Assembly (NCBI GenBank): GCA_965215565.1
Contig: CBDCDZ010000004.1
Span: forward strand, 4,064,001 to 4,128,000
Reading direction: 5' to 3'
Source of the DNA: Trueperaceae bacterium
Lineage (GTDB): Bacteria; Deinococcota; Deinococci; Deinococcales; Trueperaceae
Length of the DNA: 64,000 nt
Within the stretch, counting starts at the first letter, position 1. Every line of letters starts with the position of its first letter. Shown here piece by piece: positions 44,326 through 54,378 of the stretch. Below the pieces are notes generated by a model that saw only the letters and a program-made list of their open reading frames with translations, was not told the origin of the DNA and ran no database searches. The translations under genes and the position numbers were made by a program.

Positions 44326-44973
44326 TCATAATCTCACGCGGCGCAAAAGCACCTGACCTAAGAACGAAAGGAAGGGCAGCGTCGCAATCAAAACGACGAG
44401 TGCCGGTGAGGTCTCGAACAACCACCCGAGCAGTTGTTCGCCGAAAAGCGCCTGTGAAATCCAGAGTGCAGTGCCCAAAACGGCGCTTATAAAGTACTGC
44501 CGCCGCGTGTACCCCGTCAGCACGAAGAAGGCTTCTAAGATTGCGCCGGAGCCGAGCGTCAGCCTCGCCGCGAGCCCAACTTGGAAGGGATAGCGCCTCA
44601 CCCACGCGGCGAGCCGTTGCAACCAGCCGGGCCAAGACGCGCGGTACGCTGCCATAGAACCCCCTAGACGAACGAGGATAAGCGCCGTTATAAGTCCACC
44701 TAGCAGCGTCCCTGTAAACGATAGACTCCACACAACGCCCGGCGACCAAGTGACGGGCGCAAGTTCGATCACCACGCCGCTGAGATGAAGGGGAGCCGCC
44801 ACCATGCAGAGCAGGACGTAAACCAGCGGCGCGGCTCCTGCGGCGTTTTGAAGGGAAGTTTCAAGTAATCTCATCAACCAAAGAGGTTGTGCGGCGGCTA
44901 AAACGACACCGACGAGCGTTAAGCCCGCTGCCACCAGAAACAAGGTTTGTCCGATTTTGATATCACGTGTCAT
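44326..44973 (-). CDS. VTT/DedA-like membrane protein
   Basis: Multi-TM pattern with GTLLG and GLAARL; coupled to tetR. Confidence 0.55.
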   Translation of the reverse strand: MTRDIKIGQTLFLVAAGLTLVGVVLAAAQPLWLMRLLETSLQNAAGAAPLVYVLLCMVAAPLHLSGVVIELAPVTWSPGVVWSLSFTGTLLGGLITALILVRLGGSMAAYRASWPGWLQRLAAWVRRYPFQVGLAARLTLGSGAILEAFFVLTGYTRRQYFISAVLGTALWISQALFGEQLLGWLFETSPALVVLIATLPFLSFLGQVLLRRVRL

Positions 44974-45577
44974 GGGGCTCTATTCCGTTCATCAAGAGGT
45001 CAGCTAGGGTGTCTGGCAACTCGTCCCAAGCCTCGGTGAGTACGTCGTCTCCCAACACGCGCTGAACCAGCAAGCCGATGATGAGGCTCGAGATCATACG
45101 CATCGTCAGGTCACTGCGCTCAAACGTGACCCCGTTGCGCGTTGCCCACGTCTGTGCAAACTGCTCCGCCCCCTGAATCATAGGAGCGAGAAGCTGCGTA
45201 GAGAAACGCTCCCCGAGTTCTCGGTTGACCATGGCTTCGGACATCATCACCTTGAACAGCTCAAAGTCGTTCGCTGCAAACGCTTGCAAGGGCTGCTGAA
45301 CGTACAGCTTGAGGAAGCTGCGCAAGTCCAGCGCACGAAGCTCTGCCGGGTCAACGTTGCTCGACGCGGCCTCAGTCGTCTGGTCGAAGAGGCTCAGTAG
45401 CAGCTCGGATTTATTCTCGAAGTAGTTGTAAATCGTCCCGTCAGCGACGCCTGCTGTGCGGGCAATATCTTTAATGGTCGCGGCGTGAAACCCTTTTTCA
45501 GCAAAAACGTGAGCAGCGGCATTCAGAATGTGGGTTCTCTTGGCAGTGACGAGCTGGTCTTGCAGACTGTTATTCAT
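44963..45577 (-). CDS. TetR family regulator
   Basis: ILNAA..VF..KGF...[20 protein letters not shown]. Confidence 0.95.
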   Translation of the reverse strand: MNNSLQDQLVTAKRTHILNAAAHVFAEKGFHAATIKDIARTAGVADGTIYNYFENKSELLLSLFDQTTEAASSNVDPAELRALDLRSFLKLYVQQPLQAFAANDFELFKVMMSEAMVNRELGERFSTQLLAPMIQGAEQFAQTWATRNGVTFERSDLTMRMISSLIIGLLVQRVLGDDVLTEAWDELPDTLADLLMNGIEPHDT

Positions 45578-45607
45578 CGGTCTCCTTGGTAATGAACAAA
45601 CGCTCAA

Positions 45608-45627
45608 TTGAATGAACGTTCATTCAA
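45608..45627. promoter_or_regulatory. Probable TetR operator
   Basis: Perfect palindrome TTGAATGAACGTTCATTCAA about 30 bp upstream of tetR. Confidence 0.75.
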
Positions 45628-45822
45628 ATTGTAGGCTGAGATATTCCTGTTGTCAACGGCTCGAGTCGCACCATCCCCAGACTCTTCAAATTTATTGTGT
45701 GTTCCATACGCCCGAGTCCAGCGGGGCGTAGAGGCATATAAAAATGCTGCATGAATCGCCCCTGCTAACGTATAACTCGGAATGTCAGCGCCGCTCGAGC
45801 CTATACATTCCAAAGCGCACCG

Positions 45823-46656
45823 CTAGAGCGTCCGCACCGCCTCAACCCACCAACTCGGATACATCTCCTTAAACTTTGGCTCCACCTCCCCCGCGTGCGC
45901 CTCATCTCTCGCCAAGCCAAAACAGGTCGAGCCCGAGCCCGACATCATCACGCCGCGCAAACCTTCTAACCTAAGCGCCGTAATCACCTCTCGGATGTAG
46001 GGTTCGTGCAGCATCACGCCGGGTTGTAGTGCGTTGAGGTAGCCCGGTTCTTCACCCGCTTGCAAGTTTTTCAAGAGGTCGTCCAGCTTCAAACGGGGGC
46101 TGAAGTTCTGCAAGTTTTCATAGGCGCTTTTGGCGCTCACCTCTACACCGGGGTTGAGCAGAATAAGGTGAAGCTCAGGGAGGTTTACAGCCTCGAGCTT
46201 CTCCCCCCTACCTCTTGCTCTCGCTGCCGAAAGGTTACTGACGAAGAAAGGAACGTCCGAACCGAGCGCTTTAGCGAGTTGGAAGAGGTCGATATTATCC
46301 GCTGGATAGAGTTGGGAGAGTCCGCGCAAGACCGCGCCCGCGTCCGAGGAGCCACCACCTAAGCCCGCAGCGACGGGGATGCGCTTTTCAAGGGTAATAT
46401 GCACCCCTTTATCTTGTTGTGTTACCTCAAAATAGAGTCTGGCAGCGCGAAAGGCTAGGTTATCCTCTTGCTCGCCTAAGTCCGCGTCTTGTACATCTAA
46501 GGTAGTGGTTGAAGCGGGCTCGAGCCTCACCACATCGAATACACTGACCTTCGTCATCAGCGTATCGACTTCGTGGTAGCCGTCACCTCTCTTAGCAACG
46601 ACGTTGAGCCCTAGATTGACTTTAGCGTAAGCGTTGAGTTCCAAAGGTTTAGTCAC
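45823..46656 (-). CDS. ispE: 4-diphosphocytidyl-2-C-methyl-D-erythritol kinase
   Basis: AKVNL, KRIPVAAGLGGGSSD, GSDVPF and MSGSGS motifs. Confidence 0.96.
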   Translation of the reverse strand: MTKPLELNAYAKVNLGLNVVAKRGDGYHEVDTLMTKVSVFDVVRLEPASTTTLDVQDADLGEQEDNLAFRAARLYFEVTQQDKGVHITLEKRIPVAAGLGGGSSDAGAVLRGLSQLYPADNIDLFQLAKALGSDVPFFVSNLSAARARGRGEKLEAVNLPELHLILLNPGVEVSAKSAYENLQNFSPRLKLDDLLKNLQAGEEPGYLNALQPGVMLHEPYIREVITALRLEGLRGVMMSGSGSTCFGLARDEAHAGEVEPKFKEMYPSWWVEAVRTL

Positions 46657-47308
46657 GTTGAGCGTCCCATACGGCAGCGAGAGCATTGGCTATTTCCAAG
46701 TCAGCGGGCGTCGTCACCTTCATGAGCCACTGACTTCCTTCAATTAGAGTAATAGAATGACCGAGCAAGCGAACCAGCCCAGCGTCATCCGTCGCTTCCG
46801 TGCGTTTAGAAAGTGCGTTTTGATGCGCCTTTACAATGACCTCTCGCTTAAATCCCTGTGGCGTCTGCACAGCTCGCAACTTCTGTCTGTCCACAACCTT
46901 GCCCGTCTCCGCTTGGATGAGCGTATCCGCCACGTTCATCACGACAGATGCCGCGCCGACACGCTCAACTTCTCCAATAATCTCTTGAATCACTCGAGTA
47001 CCCAAAAAAGGTCGCGCCGCGTCGTGAATCAGCACGAGATCGGCGGTTGTCGCGTTCAAGAGGTTGCGCACGCTCGCTTGCCGCGTTTCGCCGCCGAGTA
47101 CGAGCTTGACCTGCTCCCCGAATTGCCTTTTGACCGCCCCGCACATCTCCGGTGAAACCGCTACAACAATTTCGTCCACCTGATTTTCAAAGGCTTGCAC
47201 CGAACGCTGCAACAAACTCTTTCCTTTAACTTCAACTAATGCTTTGTGACCTCTTCCCAAACGTGTCCCCGTACCCGCAGCAGGGATGAGCGCCGCTGTT
47301 CTCGTCAC
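46649..47308 (-). CDS. ispD: 2-C-methyl-D-erythritol 4-phosphate cytidylyltransferase
   Basis: PAAGTGTR, HDAARP, QTPQ, TDD and KVTTP.D motifs. Confidence 0.96.
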   Translation of the reverse strand: MTRTAALIPAAGTGTRLGRGHKALVEVKGKSLLQRSVQAFENQVDEIVVAVSPEMCGAVKRQFGEQVKLVLGGETRQASVRNLLNATTADLVLIHDAARPFLGTRVIQEIIGEVERVGAASVVMNVADTLIQAETGKVVDRQKLRAVQTPQGFKREVIVKAHQNALSKRTEATDDAGLVRLLGHSITLIEGSQWLMKVTTPADLEIANALAAVWDAQRD

Positions 47309-47883
47309 ACGCTCTCCTTCCAGCGCGGCGAGCGGGCGTTGTCTATCCCTAAGAGGTCGAGCGTGCGGGCGGTGACGCCGCTGATGAGTTCGTCAATCGT
47401 TTCGGGACGGTGATAGAAACCGGGGGAGGCGGGCATAATAGCTGCGCCCGCGTCGTGTGCGGCGAGCATGTTTTGGAGCATCGGGCGGGAGAAGGGCGCT
47501 TCGCGGAGGACCAATACAAGAGGTCGGCGCTCCTTCAAGGTCACGTGGGCGACTCTGGACAAGAGGTTGTCCGCCATGCCTTGCGCGACTTTTGCGAGCG
47601 TCCCCGCTGAGCAAGGGTTGACAATCATGCCCACTGTGCGAAACGAACCTGAAGAGATGGCTGCGCCTAAGTCCGTGTCTTTGTAAGACACATCGGCTAG
47701 GGCTTCAAGTTCTAAAGCTGTCTCGTCAAGCTCGGAGGGAATCACCTGTTTGGCTCCGTTGGTAATGACGACGTGCGCTTCCACGGGCAAATCTCGGAGC
47801 GTTTTCAAGAGGTCGAGCGCGTAAATCATGCCGCTGCCACCGCTGACGCCAACGACGATGCGGGGGGGTAGCTCGAGCTTCAC
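47305..47883 (-). CDS. ubiX: Flavin prenyltransferase
   Basis: VSGGSG, ISSGS, PCS, LKERR and RE.P motifs. Confidence 0.93.
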   Translation of the reverse strand: MKLELPPRIVVGVSGGSGMIYALDLLKTLRDLPVEAHVVITNGAKQVIPSELDETALELEALADVSYKDTDLGAAISSGSFRTVGMIVNPCSAGTLAKVAQGMADNLLSRVAHVTLKERRPLVLVLREAPFSRPMLQNMLAAHDAGAAIMPASPGFYHRPETIDELISGVTARTLDLLGIDNARSPRWKESV

Positions 47884-48048
47884 AGCGTCGCCCTAAGAAG
47901 AAAGATGGATTCTGTCACCACTTCACCATACCGCGCTAAGTGAGAGGTTTGCCATGTACGGTGTGAGAGACTATGGCGCGCTGGGCTCAACCTCTTTGTG
48001 TGAATTCTCCAAATACCTTTCGCCACCGGCGAGGCGCTAAGCTAGGGT

Positions 48049-48444
48049 ATGGCTCGCGAACAAGGTATGACGTATGAGAGATTTAAGGAAACCGTCGAAG
48101 AAATGGTAGCAGAGATTCCCGAGGAATTTATGGAGGGGCTCCAAGGTGTTCACGTCTTAGAGCACATCAGGCGAGAAGAACACTATGAAGACGTAGTGCG
48201 TCTGGGCGAATACTTGGACCCCGGACCCGAGAGTTTCTTGGGTGGCAACGGCTTAGGGCGGCACATCGCGCTCTATTACGGCTCGTTTAGGGATATCGCT
48301 GCGGGCGAGCCCAACTTCGACTGGGAAGAGGAGGTGTGGGAGACCTTGACGCACGAGCTGAGGCATCACGTCGAGTCGTTAGCTGGGGACGTGAGTTTGA
48401 TTGAAGAGGACGTGCAGCGGGCGAAGGAGTTCAAGCGGCGCTAA
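48049..48444 (+). CDS. Zincin-like metallopeptidase family protein
   Basis: LGEY, LYYGSF and THELRHH motifs. Confidence 0.8.
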   Translation: MAREQGMTYERFKETVEEMVAEIPEEFMEGLQGVHVLEHIRREEHYEDVVRLGEYLDPGPESFLGGNGLGRHIALYYGSFRDIAAGEPNFDWEEEVWETLTHELRHHVESLAGDVSLIEEDVQRAKEFKRR

Positions 48445-48465
48445 CGTGAAGACGTCAACACGTCA

Positions 48466-48493
48466 GTAGGGGTGATTCATGAATCACCCCTAC
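48466..48493. repeat. GTAG-type REP-like perfect palindrome
   Basis: GTAGGGGTGATTCATGAATCACCCCTAC between convergent genes. Confidence 0.8.
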
Positions 48494-48522
48494 ACCGTCA
48501 AGCATTATCTTTCAGTTGAAAC

Positions 48523-49875
48523 TTAATCTAGGAAATCTCTTAGCTTGCGCGTTCTCGACTCGTGGTACTTGAGCTTGCGGAGCGCTTTGTTTTCAATTTG
48601 GCGGATGCGCTCTCTCGTCACGCCGAAGTGTGAGCCTACCTCTTCTAAGGTGTGCTCGCGTCCGTCCACTAAGCCCTTACGGAACTTCAAGACCATCGAC
48701 TCGCGCTCGGTGAGCTTGTCCAAGGCTTTGTCCAGCTCTTCGGACAGGAGCGTTTTGCTGGCTTGCTCGACGGGCGACTCGACGTTTTCGTCGGGGATAA
48801 AGTCGCCGTAGAAGGAGTCCTTTTCGTCGCCGATAGGCGTCTCGAGTGAGACGGGCTCCTGCGAGACCTTGAAGACCTCTTCGACCTTTTCGGCGTTCCA
48901 GCCCGGACCCATCGCGTCAGCTACCTCTTCGTAGGTGGGCTCACGGGAGAGTTCTTGCTGGAGTTGCCGCGCAGTGCGGGTCAGCTTGTTGATGGTCTCG
49001 ACCATGTGCACGGGGATGCGAATCGTGCGGGCTTGATCGGCGATGGCGCGGTTGATCGCTTGGCGAATCCACCACGTCGCGTAGGTGGAGAACTTGTAGC
49101 GGCGGCGGTACTCGAACTTCTCGACGGCGCGAATGAGTCCCTGGTTGCCCTCCTGGATGAGGTCCAAAAAGGAGAGCCCGCGCCCGGTGTACTTCTTGGC
49201 GATAGAAACCACTAAGCGGAGGTTCGCCTCGATGAGGTGCTGCCGCGCCATTTCACCGTCTTCGACGACGCGCCGCAGCCCGCGCTGGGTGCGCTCGGGG
49301 AGGTTGTCGGCTTCCTCTTCCAGCCGCTCCTGCGCCGCTTCGCCCTCTTCGATGCGCCGCGCCAAGGAGATTTCCTCCTCTAACGAGAGCAGGCTGACGC
49401 GCCCGATCTCGTGGAGGTACTGGCGCACAGGGTCGTTTGTCGAGAGCCGACTACCCGCCATCGCCTCGGCGCGCGCCTCTAGCGCTTCGGTGTCCACGCT
49501 GTCGTCGATATCTTTGATATCGTCTACGTCGTCGAACTCGTCCTCGTCGATGATCTCGTCCTCGGAGAGGTCGGCAATTTCGATGTTTTTGGACTCCAAA
49601 ACCTTCATCAGGTCTTCGAAGTTCTCGTTTTCGCCGTTTAAGTCCAAAGACTCTAGCGCCTGGTTAAAGGCGGTGCTGATCTCTTCGGTGTTTAAGGAGC
49701 CCTCTTTTTGCCCCGACGCGATGAGCTTCTGAATCTGCGGGGTCTCGAGCCACGTGGGGCTAGGCACTGCCCCCTTCACCGCCTCTTTCGCTGCGGCTGT
49801 TTTCGTCGCTTTTTTAGTTTTTGCTTTGGTTTTGCTCGGGGTTTTAGTTGAGGTTTTTGCCGATTTAACTGCCAT
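48523..49875 (-). CDS. rpoD: Primary sigma factor
   Basis: [31 protein letters not shown] and TRERIRQIE motifs. Confidence 0.98.
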   Translation of the reverse strand: MAVKSAKTSTKTPSKTKAKTKKATKTAAAKEAVKGAVPSPTWLETPQIQKLIASGQKEGSLNTEEISTAFNQALESLDLNGENENFEDLMKVLESKNIEIADLSEDEIIDEDEFDDVDDIKDIDDSVDTEALEARAEAMAGSRLSTNDPVRQYLHEIGRVSLLSLEEEISLARRIEEGEAAQERLEEEADNLPERTQRGLRRVVEDGEMARQHLIEANLRLVVSIAKKYTGRGLSFLDLIQEGNQGLIRAVEKFEYRRRYKFSTYATWWIRQAINRAIADQARTIRIPVHMVETINKLTRTARQLQQELSREPTYEEVADAMGPGWNAEKVEEVFKVSQEPVSLETPIGDEKDSFYGDFIPDENVESPVEQASKTLLSEELDKALDKLTERESMVLKFRKGLVDGREHTLEEVGSHFGVTRERIRQIENKALRKLKYHESRTRKLRDFLD

Positions 49876-50130
49876 TACGCCTCCTCGAGAGGGTAGCCAT
49901 AAAGTGGTGCAGGTTGAGTCGCTCGTCAACGTTCGCTGAGTTGTAAACAGGGATGTTAAGAATAGGCGTCTTCACGCTCTCTTTAGTGTAAGTCAACATG
50001 AAGGGCGGGCATGTAGTCTACACAGCAAATTCTTATGTTAGCACAACCCGCGCGGTGTGTAAAGGTTCACAGAGGGAATCTTTAACCTTATGTCACGCTT
50101 CTCACCACCCCAAACTGCTACATTAAAAGG

Positions 50131-50688
50131 GTGCTGAAACTTACTGCTACCGCTTTAGCTGTTACCGTCGTCGCTCTTCTCGTTGTCGCGCTGCTGCCTC
50201 AACAGGAGCGCACCGTTCCCGGCGAGATCATCGAACTGAGCGGCGCTGCCGTCACGCTCTACCCCGAAGCTGACCCCGAAGCCGTCTGGTACTTCGACGC
50301 GGACACCGTGGACTATGACCCGGCGCTCGGCGAGACGACGCTCTACGACGTCGACGACGCCCGCCGCACAGTGGATGACGAGACTGACTTCACGCTCCAA
50401 GCCGAAGAGGTGGTCATCGACCCTGAAGACAACTTGCGCGGCGAAAGGATGCTCGTGCACCTCGTCGAAGCCAACTGGGACCTCACGATGCAGGCGGGTG
50501 AGGAGCGCCAAGTCCTCATCGATCAGGCCGAGGGCAAGTTCGAGGTGCCTATCCTGGACTACACGGGCGACGGTCTGGGTCAGAACCACGCCGAGGGCGT
50601 CCGCATGAATTTCGACCTCACCGACTACGAGGCTAACTGCGAGGGCGCGAAGTGCCAGAACGAATTTCGGGATCAGGAAGCGCAGTGA
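50131..50688 (+). CDS. LptC-like membrane-anchored protein
   Basis: N-terminal TM helix, beta-rich acidic domain, upstream of lptA-like genes. Confidence 0.5.
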   Translation: MLKLTATALAVTVVALLVVALLPQQERTVPGEIIELSGAAVTLYPEADPEAVWYFDADTVDYDPALGETTLYDVDDARRTVDDETDFTLQAEEVVIDPEDNLRGERMLVHLVEANWDLTMQAGEERQVLIDQAEGKFEVPILDYTGDGLGQNHAEGVRMNFDLTDYEANCEGAKCQNEFRDQEAQ

Positions 50689-50717
50689 GTTGGATAGGCG
50701 TCCAAAAACAGTCGTTT

Positions 50718-50895
50718 CAGTACCTTCAAAACACGCTGAAATAGACCCGCGCAGCTATCATTTTCGGGAGTGCGCTCCAAAGTAGAGTTTTGTAAAGTAA
50801 GCGCGTTCGTGACTAGATAAACGCGCGAAGCTTCCGATTACGCAGTGTTCCGAAGGAAAAGAACCTGCTACTCATTGACCAGATGATACCTGCTA
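50718..50895 (-). mobile_element. TAGC-family MITE (divergent interior)
   Basis: TGACCAGATGATACCTGCTA end and internal GCAGCTATCATT inverted copy. Confidence 0.65.
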
Positions 50896-50928
50896 TCTAC
50901 CAAATGTACCTACTATAAGGAGTTCGCC

Positions 50929-51969
50929 ATGCTTAAAGCGTTACGCACAACCTCGCTCTTCTTCCTGCTCGTTACGAGCCTCTTCGCCCTTGCTCAAGAT
51001 ACCGGTGGGCAGAGCGGTGGTTTCGACATAAGACAGGGGGAGCCCGCTCAGAACCCCGACGAACAGGAGACCGAAGCGGAAAACGCCCAGGACGACGCGC
51101 AAGAGGCAGCCGAGGAGCGCATCATCAACATCGACTTTAGCGGCGGCTCGCAGCGTAGCGAGAGCTTGCGCTTCGGTCCTCTGGTCTACACGCACCCCGA
51201 CCCCGAAGGGCTCGTCGCGACGGTCTCTAACCTCACGATCTACGCCCAAAACGCCCAACTGAGCGCGCCCGAAGAGGTGCTCATCGCGCAAGCGGAAGGG
51301 CAGCGTGAGGCTGAATTCACGGGCGGCGTGCGCGTGGTGCGGGGGCGCTTGACCGCCACCGGACCCGACCTCGTCTACAGCGAAGCGACGGGTTTGGGCG
51401 TAATGCCCTCGGAGACCGCCATCGTGGTGACGCCCGCCGAAGAGGGTCCCGAAGAGGATAGGGTCCCTGTCAACATCAGCGCGAACGAGGTCACCTTCGA
51501 CGTGGATACTGACACGAGCATCAGCCGGGGTGATGTAACGCTTGTCAACGGCAACCAGAGCGCCCAAGCGCAGGAGCTAACCTTCGAAGAGGGGCGCGAT
51601 TTGGCGCGGCTCTCGAGCCAAAGCGAGCAGGTCACCGCCCGCCGCGAGAGCGAAGACGGCGTCTTGACCATCACCGCCGACGTGATTCGCACGAATACCG
51701 CCAACGACACCCTCTTAGCGACGGGCAACGTGACCATCGTAGACGGCGACATCACCAGCACGGGCGACACGGTATATTTCAACGATGAGGCGTCCCGCGC
51801 CGAGGTCATCGGCTCGCCTGCGAGGTCCGTCAACGAGGCGCAAGGCGTGACGTTGACGGGCGCGCGGCTCGAGCAGCGCACCGACTTAGACGTGGTGCGC
51901 GTTCTGGACGAGTCCGTCCCGGCTGAGTTTGACCCCGCGCAGTTCAGCCTCACGAACGAAGGGAACTAA
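50929..51969 (+). CDS. LptA/OstA family beta-jellyroll protein
   Basis: Signal peptide; repeated F.GGVRV..G / ATGNVTI..G strands. Confidence 0.75.
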   Translation: MLKALRTTSLFFLLVTSLFALAQDTGGQSGGFDIRQGEPAQNPDEQETEAENAQDDAQEAAEERIINIDFSGGSQRSESLRFGPLVYTHPDPEGLVATVSNLTIYAQNAQLSAPEEVLIAQAEGQREAEFTGGVRVVRGRLTATGPDLVYSEATGLGVMPSETAIVVTPAEEGPEEDRVPVNISANEVTFDVDTDTSISRGDVTLVNGNQSAQAQELTFEEGRDLARLSSQSEQVTARRESEDGVLTITADVIRTNTANDTLLATGNVTIVDGDITSTGDTVYFNDEASRAEVIGSPARSVNEAQGVTLTGARLEQRTDLDVVRVLDESVPAEFDPAQFSLTNEGN

Positions 51970-51974
51970 ACGAG

Positions 51975-52916
51975 ATGGGCGCTAACCTCAAACTTCTAGT
52001 CTTCCTCGCCGGACTTTTAGGCTTAGCGCTCGCTCAAGACGCGCCTTTGACGCGCTCGCAACTCACCATAGACCGCAACGACAGCGAGATTCGCGTGATT
52101 CAAAATGGCAGAAGTGATCAGGGCGCGGAGTTTATCCCGAGCAACCCAGGGTGCGAAGAGGGCAACAGCTTAGGCGTCGTCTACGCGCCGCCGCCTGGCT
52201 TCGTTGAGACTTTGGTCAACGACACGCGCATCGTCTCGACGGTGGCGTTCCTCAGACGTCCCGACGGCACCGAGGACGAGGAGACGTTGGAACTCTTCGA
52301 CGGCTCTTTAGACCTCGACCCCGCCACGCTCTGCCCGACGAATGTGCAGCGCACCGAAGAGACCATCACCGTGACGGAGGGGCGCACTACGACGACGGGC
52401 AGAGCGTTCTTCTACAACAATGCCACGGGCATCGGCAACATGGACGGACCCATCGATTTGGCGCGCGCCGAAGAGGGCGAGTCGCCCGCGCTCACAGCAA
52501 GCTCGAGAAGCTTAGCCTTTGATGTAGACAGCGACCTCACCACCCTACAAGGAGGCGTCGAAGTGGAGTCGGACGGGCGCGTGAGTCGCGCGCAGAGGCT
52601 CGAGCTGGACGAAGAGACGGGCTTCGCCGTACTGACGGGCAGCCCCGCTACGAGCGAGGACGAAGAGGGCACCGTCTCGGGTGAGCTTATCGAGTACGAC
52701 CTCGACAGTAACGACGTGGTGGTGCGCGGCGAGGGCAGCGTGCGGGCGTCTCTAAATATCGACTTGGGCGACGCCGAGCCGGGTAGCGAGACGGGCGGCT
52801 CCGCACCTGGGGAGGACTTGGATGAGGACTTGGGCGAGGAAGGCGGCGACGATAGCGGCGAAGACAATAGTGGCGACGATGATGACGAAAACGGCCCGGA
52901 CGATCCCTTCGACTGA
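51975..52916 (+). CDS. LptA/OstA family protein with acidic tail
   Basis: Signal peptide; LQGGVEV, LTGSPA and G..IEYDL motifs. Confidence 0.72.
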   Translation: MGANLKLLVFLAGLLGLALAQDAPLTRSQLTIDRNDSEIRVIQNGRSDQGAEFIPSNPGCEEGNSLGVVYAPPPGFVETLVNDTRIVSTVAFLRRPDGTEDEETLELFDGSLDLDPATLCPTNVQRTEETITVTEGRTTTTGRAFFYNNATGIGNMDGPIDLARAEEGESPALTASSRSLAFDVDSDLTTLQGGVEVESDGRVSRAQRLELDEETGFAVLTGSPATSEDEEGTVSGELIEYDLDSNDVVVRGEGSVRASLNIDLGDAEPGSETGGSAPGEDLDEDLGEEGGDDSGEDNSGDDDDENGPDDPFD

Positions 52917-53915
52917 TCAGCCGTTCAAGTAGGCGAGTAAGGGACCTCGCCACGCGCTCAGACCCTTGTAAGCTAAGAGTTCTTCGTTCATAGACGCGAG
53001 CGCGGCGGCGAAGGTCCGCCGCCGTTCGTTGTTGCAGAGCGCCGCCTCGAGAGGTTGCGTCGCCACGCGAACGGTGAAGAGACAGCGCCCGAAGGTGGGC
53101 AGCGGAATGCTCACCTGCCGCTCGGTACGGAAGAAGAGGGCGGCGGCGAGCTTTGCGGGTGAATGTAAGATGTCCCGAGGTAAAGAGGTCTCAGCCTCAG
53201 CAGGATGCTGCCCCAAACGCCCGTCTGCGCTCAAGCCCCACACGAAGCGCACGAAGGGTCCCTTGTGGAAGAGCGCGTTCATCACCGGTCGGTGAGACCT
53301 CAGCAGCGCGGCGTTATTCGCAACGGGCTGGTGAACCTCAGAAAAGTTCTGCCCCACTTTCTCCTGCGGGTCCCAGGCGCTCGGAAAGGTGACGCAGAGG
53401 CACTCGGTTTCGTCCGCGCCGCCCAAATCTCGCACCACGACGATATCTTCTTGGACGCTCAGCGCGAGCGCGTGCGCGAGCTTCACCGGGTCAGGCTGAG
53501 CCTCTAGGTGCGCTCTGACCCGCCGCCCCAACGCTGCAAGAGGTGCGTCAGAAGTTTCAATCCAGTATTTTTTTGTCTGGCATCTCTTTTGCGATTGCCT
53601 TAACCTGAGCCCTAATGCTTTGAGCCAGACCTTTTCAGCCCCGAGTTCCACCAAGTCAGGTTGCTCGTTCGCCACGAGGCTGAACACATGGAAGAGGGCG
53701 TTCTCCAAACCCTCGTGCGCGCCCGCCGAAAGGCCGCTGTAACGTTCGGGATGGTTAGAAAGGCTGCTCAGTTTTTGCTCGAGGTACGTTTCGTAGGCTC
53801 CGTCCACAACGAAAAGCTGCCCTGAGTCCCGCGGCGAGCTATCCAACCTCTTCAAGCTGGGTCTGGTGTTATAAGGGACTGTGATGGGAAAAGGGGTGTA
53901 GAGACCCGCAGTCAT
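52917..53915 (-). CDS. DUF3445 / heme-dependent oxidative N-demethylase alpha-like protein
   Basis: VQED, FPSAW...KVG..F.EVH.PV, RFVW, RTERQ and YKGL motifs. Confidence 0.82.
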   Translation of the reverse strand: MTAGLYTPFPITVPYNTRPSLKRLDSSPRDSGQLFVVDGAYETYLEQKLSSLSNHPERYSGLSAGAHEGLENALFHVFSLVANEQPDLVELGAEKVWLKALGLRLRQSQKRCQTKKYWIETSDAPLAALGRRVRAHLEAQPDPVKLAHALALSVQEDIVVVRDLGGADETECLCVTFPSAWDPQEKVGQNFSEVHQPVANNAALLRSHRPVMNALFHKGPFVRFVWGLSADGRLGQHPAEAETSLPRDILHSPAKLAAALFFRTERQVSIPLPTFGRCLFTVRVATQPLEAALCNNERRRTFAAALASMNEELLAYKGLSAWRGPLLAYLNG

Positions 53916-53926
53916 AGGCGCAGAGG

Positions 53927-54319
53927 CTAGCGCTTAGGCAGGTGTAGGGTGAGCAGTCCGTTTTTCATCTGCGCGTTGCTCCTCTTCTCGGCAATCTCTT
54001 CAGGCAGTTCGATGGTGCGCTGAAGGTGCCCGGCGGTGCGCTCGCCGATGAGGAGGTGCGCGCCGGACTCGCGGGGCGGGACGACGACTGCAACCGTAAG
54101 GTGCCGCCCCTGTATAGAAATCTCCAGGTCCTCCTGCGCGACGCCGGGCACCTCCGCCACGAGGCGATAAGCGTCCTCTAGCTCGAAGAGGTCCACCTTG
54201 ATCGTCGCCTCGTCCTCCAACTCGCTCACGAGTGCGCCGACGCGCTCGCGCAAGGTGAGGAGGTGCTGCAAGTCGCTACTCGTCGCGTGTTTTTTGTCAA
54301 GTTCCATGTCGGACTCCAT
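53927..54319 (-). CDS. Hsp20/alpha-crystallin family protein
   Basis: EVPGV, ER..G...R.IELP and NGLLTLHLPK motifs. Confidence 0.9.
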   Translation of the reverse strand: MESDMELDKKHATSSDLQHLLTLRERVGALVSELEDEATIKVDLFELEDAYRLVAEVPGVAQEDLEISIQGRHLTVAVVVPPRESGAHLLIGERTAGHLQRTIELPEEIAEKRSNAQMKNGLLTLHLPKR

Positions 54320-54378
54320 GAGGCAGAGTTTAGCACGCGCCCTACCGCCTTTCTGTCACCTCCCTGATAGCGTGAGGT

